NCBI GenBank assembly: GCA_026914245.1
Contig: CP110439.1
Span: 4,898,001 to 4,962,000, forward strand
DNA: 64,000 nucleotides
Reading direction: 5' to 3'
Source of the DNA: Puccinia triticina
Taxonomy: Eukaryota
The notes beneath the pieces were generated by a model. That model did not search any database. It saw only the letters and a list, made by a program, of their open reading frames with translations, and was not told the DNA's origin. Shown here in pieces: positions 38,380-50,710 of this stretch (within the stretch, counting starts at the first letter, position 1; every line of letters begins with the position of its first letter). The position numbers were made by a program, and so were the translations under genes.

Positions 38380-40088
38380 ATGTCCGACAGAGTCCAAGCA
38401 GTCACGGATGGCTTCCGTAACAAGAACCAAAATCCTGTAACCGACCCTACCCCTCGAGGACCCTACTACCACTGCTAGCTCCCCGGCAACCCAAACTGCA
38501 GCCCCAGCTATTCCGGCTGAAGGGGAAACCTCTGCCCTTCACCATCCCGCCCCTTCCATGCCTCGAGATGCCGCGGCAAAAAAGAGTAAAACCCATAAGA
38601 ACCAAGGGAAAAACGGGAATCCGACTTGCTTCGGTAAAAGCTCCGCTGACGCGGCCCCAAATTCTGCAAACGAGACTGGGACTAGGAATGATCCGGACCT
38701 GTCCAAAAGATTCGAAGTGGACGACAGTAAGTCCAAAACCACCCGTCCGAACCATTTCGGTAGAACGGATGACTAACATTCAAAAAAAAAAAAAAAAAAA
38801 AAAAAAAAACGAATGAATTGTGAACGCGCGCGCGTATTACAGCCGACAATGAGAGTACGGAGGCTGGGATAGAGGTTTTAGATCTGACCCCCAAGGATTC
38901 CTCCAAAGGTGTGCTCCTTGCCCTGCTTCTGCTCAAGTTTATCGCTAGCCGAATGTGATCCCTCACTAACGTGTTGGATTTAAAGGCAAAGCCTCTCCCC
39001 CAGTTGTAGCCCCAAAAAGCCTCGCGTTGAATGACGAGACCATTGCTACCCTTGTGGAAAAGCATCTGGCAGCGGAGAAAGCTGGCGACCAAGAAGCATC
39101 AGACCTCTACTTTGCAATGTTCAAATCCTTGATGTCAACAAAGCCCCCCGTGCATTCGGCTCAAACCCCGGTGTCAGCCTCGGCCGAAGACCTCAGCAAC
39201 AAGGCGCGTCCAAAAAAGCTGGTCAACCCCGACCCTTACGCTAAGTACGCCCTGATCCCCAAATACCACGAAGACAAGGAGAATCACTCGGATGGTGAAT
39301 CCGTGGTTGGCAACATACAGTTCAATGTCGAAGCCGTTCCCCGTCATGACGAGATGGGCTTTACCCCCTATTTCGACAAGAATATAAGGGAACTCAAGGG
39401 CCCCATTCCCTTGACGATATTCAACAAGGCATGGAAGAACCGCGCTATCCTCTATTACGCGGAAAAACGGTCCAAGTTTGAAGATTCTGCCTCCGACCGC
39501 AACCGCTACACGGGCTATCCTTACCCTTCAGAGTGGACTCAGTCATTTAGCGACTGGACTTCTAACCACCAGAATTTCTACAATACCCTCAAAGTAGAGT
39601 ACAACTTCAAGCGCATGGCCAACTGGCTCCTCGCCCACAAAGCTAACGCCGACGCTATCCTGGCCGAGGACGGCTTTATGGTCGCCCTCCGCTATGACAT
39701 CCAAGTGCGCACCAACGCCTTTGCTCATTGGGTGGCGCTAGCGGACGGCTCCCAATCTGTGGCAAACATCTCAGTTTTCCGAAGCAAGATCGCCCACTCC
39801 TGCTACGCCACTGCCAGGAAATTTGACGAGCTTGACTTCACAGACAACCCATACGCGGAATTTGGCACTCAAGCTAACTGGGACCCAACTACTGGTGCCC
39901 CAAAAACCGAGAAGAAGCAAGCAGTCGCTAAGGCCCCGAACGTCGCTAACGCGGCGGGCCCGTCTTCCCTCCCAGCAAAACCCGCTGGCGGTAGAGCCCC
40001 AAAGGGTAGCGGGTACAAAGGCAACAATTTCGACTCAAATCACGCCGCGAAGCAAGGCGCGCAAGGGAACGGGAAAGCTCCCCAGTAG
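38380..40088 (+). pseudogene. Gag-like ORF1 of the DIRS-like element (intact part 39027-40088; 5' part disrupted, with a poly-A run)
   Basis: 353-aa ORF upstream of RT. ATG at 38380 follows a TATAAAT at about 38178. Confidence 0.6.
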
Positions 40089-40283
40089 GCCTCCTTCCTT
40101 CTTTCCTTATTGGTTTAGCCATATGGGCACCGTAATCTTTGTTGTCTCTACAGTACACAGTTCTACATAGCCTCCCCACTGTCCCTACCAAAAAAAGAAA
40201 AAGAAAAAAAAAAAACATTAAAAAGTCCTTTCCCGGTTGAGCGTCACCTCACCCTTGATCATGTCCTTTTTCTGACCAATGAA

Positions 40284-41881
40284 ATGAATCATCTCCATAG
40301 TGTGTTTAGTGAACATTCAGAGCAGAACTCACCCAAGCCCCCCCGTCAGCTCCCATGCGACCAAGGTGCTCCGGAAACTGCCGCAGAACCGGGCCCCTTT
40401 TGCCCCAATTCACATAGTGCCTCGCCCTCGCGTTGGCCGACAAAAGTCTCTTGCAAAATGAAGATTGAGGCTTGGGAGGCTGCTCTTAAAGACGCAGACC
40501 TCCTGCCTGAGTTTGCCGACGTTCTCGATGGCTTCAAAAACGGTTTCCATCAAGGAATTCCGCAACACTCGCTCGGCCCAAATAGGGCATTCTTCACCCC
40601 AGACAACCATGCCTCGGCTTGGGAGGTGAAAGACTTAATAGAGGAAAAACTGCAGAAAGAGCTCTCAAGCGGACGAATGTTTGGTCCATTCAAACACACG
40701 GAGTTCGCTAAACATTTTAGCTTTTTTCGCTCCAACCCGCTAGGAGCGGTGGTTAACGGTGATGGCTCGCTGCGCCCAACGAACGATTTATCCTACCCTC
40801 ATATCTGCTGGTGAAAGATTTTGATGGCAACCTCCTCTTGGACACTAGAATTACCTTCGGAGGGGTGGCAGGGTGCGGTTTGTTTGGCCGTCCTGCTGAT
40901 GCCTGGAAACAAATTATGCTGCATCGCTTCAACCTAGTTTCCGTCTTCCGTTGGGTCGACGATAACCTCTTTGTGAAGGATATTGAATCCACAACCAAGA
41001 TGGACGACATCGTGGCCCTTTCAGGGGTTTTGGGGGTCAAAACGAACAATGAAAAGTTCTCGGCTTTCGCTCCAGAACAGAAATACATCGGGTTCCTGTG
41101 GAACGGGGTCGACAAGACTGTCTGCCTACCGCAGGGGAAGTTATTTGAACGGGTGGACCAACTCAAAAAGTTCTTAGACCAACAAACATATTCTTATAAC
41201 AACGTTGAGGTCATGGTAGGACGCCTTAACCATGTGTCCTATCTGTTGCCCCAGCTCAGATGTTACTTGTGCAGCTTCTATTGATGGCTCAAGAGCTGGG
41301 CAATAAAGTCCGCTTCACGGACGCTTCCGCAAGACGTGAAAGAAGATCTGGACCGATGGTTCCACACGCTTATCACTTTCAAAGAGACCCGACTAATCCC
41401 AAACCCCGCCCCAACCAAAATTGGGTGGATGGGTGACGCATCGACCGGTTTTGGCATCGGAGTGATGATTGGCCGCCGATGGGCCCAATTTCAGTTGTTG
41501 CAAGATTGGAAGGAACGCACAAACCAAGAAAGGGGCATTGCCTGGTTGGAAACAGTCACGATCCGCTTAGGCCTACTGATGCTAGAATCACTTGGCATTA
41601 AGCAAGGCAAAACGTTCATAGTTTGGATAGACAATACCACCACCGAAGGCGCAATCCGTAAACGCAAATCCAAAGATAAATGGGTGAACAAAGAATGGAA
41701 AATTATCCAAGACATCTTGGTTAGATTACAAGTGGATATTGAAGCACGAAGAGTAACCTCGGCAGAGAACAGAGCAGATGCGCTCTCTAGAGGTGTCAGG
41801 GACGGACATGAATGGCAACGAGCAATCCCCATTCACCTCCCTACTGACTTAGAACAATACATGTTCCAGATCTTGTACTAG
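40284..41881 (+). pseudogene. DIRS-type reverse transcriptase-RNase H with an internal deletion at about 40800 and a TGA at 41282
   Basis: GRMFGPF, SNPLGAVVNGDG..NDLSYP joined to YLLVKDFDG..DTRITFGG, RWVDD, YIGFLW; RNase H GDASTGFGIG/WLE/IDN/NRADALSR. Confidence 0.88.
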
Positions 41882-42052
41882 ATGGGTCCGGACTAGTTGC
41901 GATGTGTTACTTGTGTCAAACTTCCCCCCCCCCCCCCATCCTACTGTTTCGTGTCTTGTCATGTTTCACCTGCGTGCCATGAGAGTATATAAGTAATGAA
42001 TGCTCGCCCCTCCCAAATAAAGATGGTGTGAAGTTCTTTGTCATCCTAAGGC

Positions 42053-42240
42053 ATGCTTCCACTCGACAAAATCAAACCTTGTCTCCGAGATGGTAGCATT
42101 GAGAAAACTCCTACACCACAAAACCTTTATTTTTTGAGAAGTTACAAACTAAACTCACTCCTCACACTCAACACCGCAGTCAAAAAAATTCTCCCGCTTC
42201 AAAGCGGCGCAAGGAGTCAAAGACTATCGGTTACCGTCGG
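42053..42240 (+). pseudogene. Probable N-terminal remnant of the tyrosine recombinase
   Basis: Position after RNase H and a YKLNSLLTLNTAVKK segment resembling recombinase N-terminal domains. No catalytic RHRY motifs are present. Confidence 0.45.
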
Positions 42241-42796
42241 GGAATTGAAAACAATAAAGAAAGGATACTCCCCAAGGCTCGAGCTCACTCGAGAGTTGGG
42301 TCTGAGGTCGTACCCCCCTCGCCCTTGTGGCGAGAACTTTTGTTTGTGTAAAGGTTTCCTCTCCCTCCGCCACGAAGCCAAGCGGCGCAACTCATTCCTC
42401 GTCTCGAGGTCGAGTTGACGTCCTGAACTCGTCTTCCGGAGTGAGGCACCTTACCCCCGACCCTCACTCGGCTGGCTTGGGAAGCAGTGTACACACCCTT
42501 CCGGGATAGCCTAGGCTTCTGGAACCAACCAGAGCTGAAAAAGTAAAGCAATTGAAACCACACGTATTTAGTGTGAAACCGCGCGAAGTAACAGCGCGCC
42601 CTTTTGCACCAAACCTAAGTTACCCTCAGCCCCGACGTTGTCGCGCTGAGCTATGTGTCTACGAAACACTGGGCCGTATAGGCCCCCCGCCCCGCTGGCA
42701 CCGCCTTGTACCGTATGAGTAACACGGAAATCAGGATATCAGATATCCCCTCACCCATCCAACATTGGCATCCACCAGCCCAGCCCCATCCTACGT

Positions 42797-44372
42797 TGTA
42801 GGGACTCTTGTGGGACACTAAATGTTTATTTGGTGAAAATATCCTCTGAGGGGGAAATAAATTGCTAATAGGTTGAAAGGCTATTACAACTTACGGGTGG
42901 TTTGAAAGACCTGCCCTTCTAATGGTACTATGCAAATAACTAAGAGTCTTGTAATCAATATTTATAAAGATGTGGCTGATTCCAAGATAGATCTTACTTT
43001 TGTATAGTAATCTCTATCAGACCTAGATTCCTCAAATCACTATTCTTGCAGATCTGTTACAACTTCTGATGCTGGAGGGATAATGTAATCCAGTGGGATC
43101 AATTATGTAAAATACAATTGTTGTTGATGTTGGGTTGTTGATGAGAAGGTTGGTAATGATCTCTTCCTTAAGCAATCTCTTGATAAGGCACTTTAATCAA
43201 TACTAGAGCTCCTGGTTGCTACTACACTACTACTACTTGTTATAATTGTTGTTGATGAAGTTGGTAATAATCTCTTCCTTAACAATCTCTTGATAAGGCA
43301 CTTTAATTACTACTAGAGCTCCTGACTACTACTACTACTACTGACTCAAACTTAACACTACCACTACCACTACCACTACCACTAAAATACCACTAAACTA
43401 CCACTGTAACTAAACTAACCACTGTGACCAAACCTCTGTAGGCTGATGGGGAAAAGATCTGATGAGGGGGGGAAAGAGGCCTCCTTATATATTGAAGGGT
43501 GAGGGAATTTAGCTCCAGGGGAACTCCTTGTGAGGGCTATTTTCTGCAGGGGATATCAGTTGCACAGCAAGATATGCATGTGTTGCACTGCCTGCCAAAC
43601 AATTAGGTAATGGATTCTGCAGGAGGGGATATCAGTTGCACAGCAATATATGCATGTGTTGCACTGCCTGCCAAAGAATGATGTATTTGATTCTGCAGGC
43701 AGGCTCCTTGAACACCTTATCTGCCTGCATATGCTGCACTGCATGATATCATGTGTTGCTAGGTGACCCAAACAACCTTCCGTAACCTACCATATGCCTG
43801 CATGTCCAGCTGTTGCCTTCTTCCATCCAGAATATTGGGGGTCAAAGCCTCTCCTCCCACCTTGCTCCATCCTTCCTTCTTCCTCCTCCCTAATTAATAC
43901 TTACATCCATATCCCATCATACTGAATCCTAGACCCTTATAAAGTAATATACCACCCTTATAAAGATAATATACCCTTACACAAGTAATATACCCTTATA
44001 ACACTGCCTTACTTGATACACCACACCATCCTCCCTTCCATTCCTGGTTGAGACATGTGCTCCCAATACCTTCCACCTCTTCTATTGATAACATCCTTCC
44101 ACCTCCCTGCCATCCTACCTAGTCATGGTCCTCCATTCCATCCCTGATCACGCCGTCCATCCTACATGATCCTAGTCTGCCGTTCCGTCCGTGCTAACAC
44201 TATCCCTCATCCATCTGTCTGTATCTGTAATGAATCCATTCCTCCCATCAACACATACACTGCTTGTATTATATATAACTTCCTCCTCTTATAATGAATG
44301 ATAGCTGTATCTATGCTGTCTCAATACCTCTGCAATGTGCTTTTGGCATTGTCACGCCAATGGAGCACCACA
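42797..44372 (-). repeat. 3' LTR (1576 bp) with internal duplications and (ACT)n/(ACCACT)n tracts
   Basis: Direct repeat of 50711-52286; one substitution noticed (CCTGACT vs CCTTACT). Confidence 0.96.
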
Positions 44373-45346
44373 TCCCCCCCCAACTTAATGCTGTCCACAG
44401 CATTCGTGACAAATGCCAAAAGAACCATATTCAATTATTCACCAAAAGAATTGTCCAACAGTTGTGATTTCCGTTCTTCCCAATCTAATATTTCGAGTCC
44501 CATTTTTGCCGTGTCCAATAGTTATTTTCCTCCTATACCAAAGCGCCAGTTGAAATAAGGTATTCTAAAATTAGTGATTCATCTCCCCTTCCTACAACTA
44601 GTCCAATTCCAAGTTCCAAATGTCTAAATTCACCACTACATCTTAACTGTAATCCCTGTTGTTGTTCTGTGACATCCATCCATGATCCAGTATAAGACAA
44701 AAAAAATCCCAATCCTATCTTTCTTCCTCTCCACACCAATGACATTGTTCCAAGGAAAAAGCCAGTTTATTCCGCAAAAGGTTGTTGAAAAGCAGTATTT
44801 AATAAGATCCGGCCTATTTCATCCTTCCCTCCTGATACCTGCTCAATATGATTCTACAAATTTTTCCAGTCCTGATGCCCGCAATCGATGAACCCCGCTA
44901 ATCCAAAATACTCTTATTTTGCCCTGTTGTTTTGCTATAAAATTCCAAGTCCTATTCCACCCCATCCATTTCGCCCGCTAGTATCTTCCGGTTCCAAACG
45001 TCCGTCCGTCCATTTTCCTATCCTTTGAATATCCCAATGATTGTAACCTCTAATGACTGACTACTCTTCATACTAAAAAAAATGTAACTTGTTTTCAAAT
45101 TGGCCCACCCTATTCCCTCAGCTAAACAAGGGAAACTGTTTGCCTACCAAATGCTTTCCAATATATTCTATATACTAAGTCTTGAAGTATAAAAATGCTT
45201 GAATTCCTATGCCTAAAACTGTCCATAATATTCTGTGGTCCTCCAATTTTGATCTGTAATTCCATATTGCGCTTGTTGTTGAATTTCCTGTTCATAGCCG
45301 TTTGAATTTCATGCTGAGGAGCCAAGTATACGTTTACACATAGCAA

Positions 45347-45494
45347 TTTTATCTCTTGCTGAGGAGACATGAGCAGTCTTGTCTCTTGCTGAGGAGAGAG
45401 TAGGCAGATTTACCTCTTACCAAGGAGGCCTAGGCAGTTTTACCTCTTGCCAAGGAGGCCTAAGCAGTTTTACCTCTTGCCAAGGAGGCCTAGG
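45347..45494 (+). repeat. About 30-bp tandem repeat GGCAGTTTTACCTCTTGCCAAGGAGGCCTA, about 5 copies
   Basis: Directly visible, with degenerate first copies. Confidence 0.85.
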
Positions 45495-46793
45495 TAAATG
45501 ATGAAATCCATGCTCCACTATTGCCTGTCCAAATTTGTGATGTCCTGATATCCTTGCGCGCCATTGCGCGTCGCTTCCTTGAGCTTGCCTCGCTGCAACG
45601 CTTCCCTTAGGTTAATTCCGACCGGACCCATTCTTGATTACATAATCTGAACTCGCTTCTCGAGGTGCAATATCATAGTCGAGTCCGATTGTACCGGACC
45701 TTGCCGCACTAACCTGCACTAACCCACCTGCTCAACCTATCAACTCCTCACCCCTTTCATCCGCTTCCTTCGCCGCAGGTAAGAACATCATCCTCTATCT
45801 CTTACTATTGATATGATTTTAGCATTGCTGATCTGTTTGATTGATGTGTTTGTGTTTTTAAATTCTGATCTTATAGATGCCAACCGCGACTTGTTTAACG
45901 CCGGGCCAATTCCAAGGGTTGCTTTGCTGCTCCTCGATCGTGACATTCTCTTCTCCTTGAGATCACCTGACCTGTATAGTTATCAAGACGCTGCCTAGTC
46001 CACCGCCGCCGTGCTTTATATCGCTACCGACCACCTAATCTTCGTTTGTCCTGTTTGTTTTACTTGCCCACACGTGCCGTTGCTGACATGAATCTTTTCT
46101 CTTTTTCATATCAAAGTCAGTGCCGCTATCAATATTGCAAATGAATCAGCTCCACTGCTATCCGCTCGCTGATCTCCTTGTTTAACTACTCCACCAAATC
46201 ACATTATCGTATTAGCCTGATCGTCTACTATTCTTGCTAGCTGCGCTGATGATCCCAAGCATCGCGCCATCTTACTATCGCCGTTACTCAGACTGATTCC
46301 ATCTGTAAGCATCAAGCCCAATCGTCGTACGTATACATCCATTGTCCTTGCCACTCGCCCCCGGCCATTGTACCCACCGATCTCCGTTCCGTTGTTCCTG
46401 TTAGCTCATTGTTGCTCTGTTTATCAATTCTGCGCCTTCCTATGCTACCGACCTGTCTTTTCTACCTCTCACTATCACATGAACCCCCTAAAACAGAAAG
46501 AAGCTTGAAATACAACAAACCATCATGATTTCTGGCCCTACTAGCTATTCCCCTACTAAAAACAAACTGAGAATAAGACAATGAATTAACTGAGGAAAGA
46601 ACAAAATAACTAAGCACGGAAATCCCCACAGTGGGTAATTCTAGGCCCTTCTACTTTTACAAAGTCTAATGTGCAAGCAAACCAAACAAAGAACACATTA
46701 ATATTTTTATCTTTACTTGTAACTTACATCCCTGATTTTTATGTATTTTTAGCTGTGTCTCTTTGTACAATCAATTATCTTCTTAGAAGAATC

Positions 46794-49700
46794 TCAGCAA
46801 CCGCAAGCTAGATGCTCCCATGCCTTCCAAAAAGTGGCATATGATTTCCTGACTAATTCTTGTTGCTCTTGTGTGGCCCACACCAATCCATATAATCTGA
46901 ATATTCTCCACAATCCTACCATTCTGGATGCTGCTTTTGCTAAGATTTCACCTTTCTCCTTCTCATTAAGAGCATCCCATACCCTGTTGTATTTTCCATC
47001 ATCTTCCCAGTGTAAATCCTCTTGGTTACCTTTCTGAATCAACCAATGACCTGGCCAGATAAACTCATTCTTCAGATAACCTTCCACCCCATCACCATTC
47101 AACAACATAATGAACCCAATTCGTCCGGCTGTATGCCCTGGAAGCTCTGCCCAATACCCGTTCGCCATTGAAGGAAGTGTTTCTGGGTATATTCGTAAAA
47201 ATTCTTGGGTGGGAAACCCTTGATCTATATAATCCAATCCTAATGCACTGTTCACCTTGTAGTTGCGTATTTGTCCTGATGAAGTATATGTGGGGCAGTC
47301 TGTCCAACTGGTATCCCAATTCAGTACTTGGTCCAAGTTTTCCGTTATCCATCCGTCCTCAGGTTCCCCCTTAAGCTCGACTGCTGGAGGTGCCGTAGTA
47401 CTGCTAGGTTCAAGGTCCCAGGTATTTTTCAGCTCTACCATTTCCACCGGTGTACCAAAATAATATGAAATCTCATCTGAAGGGGTGTTTGGAGGGCACA
47501 TTGTTTGTTGTAAATCCTCTTTTGGCTCTTTTCTAATAGACCAGGTGGTACACAATTGATTATTCTCTCCACCATTTATCCCCTTATCCGCTCCATTATA
47601 GGTTACGCTATCCGCTCTGTTGTTGGTTATGCCGTCTTCTCCGTTGTCCGTCCCGCTCTCCAGTCCGCCATTGATTAAACTATCCGTTCCTCTGTCTGTT
47701 ACACTACCCACTTGTCCGTCCGTTCCGCTATCCGCTTGTCCGCCCGTTCCTGAAGTCTGATACTGGCCCACTTGAATACTATGAGAACATTTATCAGCAA
47801 TCCTTCTAGGCGGTCCCATCTCCCATCCTGGAACTTCTGGAGCACAGATGGGTATACACAACCTCTCTCCATCCCACAACTCATAACTCAGGATTTCTCC
47901 TCGTGACTTGGACAACTCCAGACGTACTTTGTGATCCGCCAAAAATGGTCTTCCCAACACTGTATACACTTTGCCTCGAACAATGAAGAAATTAGCCGCC
48001 TTGTTGTCCTCCAGGTCTATATGAAATGGAATAGATTCTGCTAAGCCAACAATGGGTGAAGAATGACCGCCAATACCCGTAATATTCATACTGATTTCCC
48101 TGGTGGGCAGTTGTAACTGCAGCGCAACCGTTTCTGGCATAATATTCAGTTCAGCTCCACTATCCACTAATGCCTTAATTTTTTGTCCTTGAATAGTTAT
48201 GTTCACAAATCCCAACGGGCATGCGTAAGTCAAAGGTGCTGTTGGGTGAATTGGACGTCCTCTACAGTCAAATTCTTCCTCAAAGTCATTCCGGTTGCAT
48301 CTTCCTGAATTCTGTTGTTGATTCGCCATCTTGACCTCTCCTGCCGGCAGATTATTCAAGTCTTGGAGAAATTTTGGTGCAATTAGCAAGAGGTCCTCCA
48401 AGGTGAGTGTGAAACTTTGCTTCAGTATTTTCTTCCTTAATCCCCCCCCAACTTTGACTCTATCCACATTCTTCTCCGTTGATTCTTTTGCTGATTCTTC
48501 CTCTTTGCTTTCCGCTTCTTTCTCCGGTAGTCGCTCCTGTTCCTGGTTCTCCTCGCCTTCGCTGCTTCCGTCCTCCGATGTTCCTTCCACCCATGCTCCT
48601 GGATAACTTGACCTCCTCTTACGTCCTGCTACTGGCTTTTTGTTGGCTTCTTGATTTGGCGCTGGGGGCTTAGGTATAGCTTCTTTGGGTTTTTCCACTT
48701 TTTCCGGTTTGGATTGAGTTGGCTGACTTTCTGTTTCTTTCTCCTTTTCTGCATTTCTAGGTGATCTTCTCAAGCCAAACCCAATCTGAATTTCCTCATC
48801 CTCCTCGCCGTAATGCATCTCTGGTGGACTCCACATCTCCCATCGGTTAGTCGAAATCATGGTTGCTGTTGGCTCATGCGATTTCTCCAATCCCGTGTTT
48901 CCTGCCGCCATATTAGCTCGTATTTCCTCTCCTTCCCTGCTTAACTCAACCCGCTCCGCGTATCGCCGTACCAGTTCCCGAATAGAATCCCCTGTGTCCG
49001 ATGGAATTGGTTCCTTGTTGGGATAGTAATAGTTTGGACCTGACTTGAATACTGCCCGCTTGGTTATGTCTTCACTCAGATGTGAGCAAAACATGACTGT
49101 ATGGTCCATCTCCTTACAATAAAAACACTGAATTGGTGGCCGTGAGAACAGTGGTCCTCCTGGTCCTGCCGGTCCAAATCCTGGTGCTGACTGTCTTGGT
49201 GCTGCTAAATGAGGTGGGAAAGGTCTAGAATTTGGGTTAGTATTCAAGTTAGTATTCAAATCCGTACGTAATTTCTTAATTTCCTCCTCCAATGCCTTTA
49301 CCTTATCATTCCCCGCCTCTGGCTGGGGTTTTGCTTGACCTTCCTTGTTGTTTTCTGGATCCTTGCTGACATTCTTACCTTTTGTAGTACCCACATCCAT
49401 ATCCAATACCGCCAATGATGCCTCCACGTACTCCTTCAACTGTTCCAGCTTAGGTACCAGTGCCTTTCCGTCCTTGGTCTTGCGTAATTTCTTATTATGC
49501 GCCATATCACGTGCCACGTCTCGCCGTATCTCCGTTGAAATTGCCTTCCAAAGTGGTTCCCCACTCTCCGTGTTAACGTCCTCGTATCCCATCTTCTTCA
49601 AGTATGCCAGTATTTCCTCAAGATCACCTATAAACGACCGGTACTCCTCCTTTGTTTGGATGCCACCCTTGTCTGCATACTTTTCAACCAAGGTGCCTAT

Positions 49701-50603
49701 TGAGCCCTCATTGAATCGCCTTTTTGGTGTTGCCCTTCCCCATTTTCAAATGAGTTCCCTCTTCAGCAACTCCCAATCCCGGTTCTCATGGCCCTCCATG
49801 TTCTCAATACATTCACTAATCTTCCGGTCCTTCACCAAGAATGGCAATTGTAAAGCCACATCTTGTCCACCAGCTTTTTGCATTGAAGCTATCTTTTCCA
49901 CACGCTGAATGAACAACTCCACTTCAGTCCCATCAAAATGTAAGTTCATCTTCTTAGTATCTAGTAAAACACCCTTTTCCTCATCCACTAACTTGATCTC
50001 TGCTCGTGATCTGAACTGACTAGAGTTTGGTGATGATCCAGGTGTTTCCCCCACGCTATCCGTAATTCCTTGAATGGTTGTGTCCATACCCACTGGTCTT
50101 GGAGTGAATGGAGTTGAAGTTGCGAATTGGAGTGACGGTCCTTGTTGAACTGGAGTTTCTGGTATAGGTACGTTTGCTGGTGCCTTCTTCTCTGCTAGCC
50201 ATGCTGCCATCATTTCCTTTAGCTCCTTCATAGCTGCTCGCTGTTCTTGAATAATTGCAGACTGCTCTTGAATTATAGCTGACTGATCTTGAAGTGGTGG
50301 ATCCATGATGGGTAATCACTGATATCCAATCAGTTGCTCTTCCAAATCTTCTGACTTCTTCCTGGTGACTTGATCACAGTATTCACTCAGAAATTCTCTC
50401 TCTTGCTCGGTCAAATCCCCGTATTCCCACTCCCTGGTGTTGTAATCCAGACTTAAATCCAAACCCCACCACGTACGCCAAATCCTATCCCGTCTTTCAC
50501 TTGCTGATGATATCCTATCCTCGTCCCGATCCTCGCCGTCCACTCCTGAGATCCTGTTCTTGCCGTTATACGTTCCTGAAATCCTGTCCTCGCCGCCGTC
50601 CAC
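46794..50603 (-). pseudogene. gag: Gag-protease polyprotein with a C-terminal extension; two in-frame TGA stops (50316, 49746)
   Basis: Three ORFs in one frame. Knuckle CFYCKEMDHTVMFC; protease ALVDSGAELN...VLGRPFL; homologous in layout to the gag of the first gypsy. Confidence 0.9.
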
Positions 50604-50710
50604 TTGACTATCTTGATCCTCCGTTAGTTGAAGTTACTGATGATCTTCTTAAATTGTTTGATGACTTGATGATCTTTCCAAAGGTAATCGGCCACTGTTG
50701 GGACACCAGA

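Larger units (their letters stand above)
37934..42729 (+). mobile_element. DIRS/Ngaro-type tyrosine-recombinase retroelement, defective; ends approximate
   Basis: Gag-like ORF, DIRS-type RT-RNase H, and a short ORF resembling the recombinase N-terminus. Short inverted TTCCGTG/CACGGAA at the proposed ends. No LTRs or integrase. Confidence 0.8.

Noticed and set aside
43320..43420. (ACT)n/(ACCACT)n as telomeric repeats
   Set aside because: Not TTAGGG-type, and present in both LTR copies as internal microsatellites.
43459..43480. CTGATGA...GAAA as a hammerhead ribozyme
   Set aside because: Only a G run separates the motifs, so stem II cannot form; it lies in the LTR promoter region.
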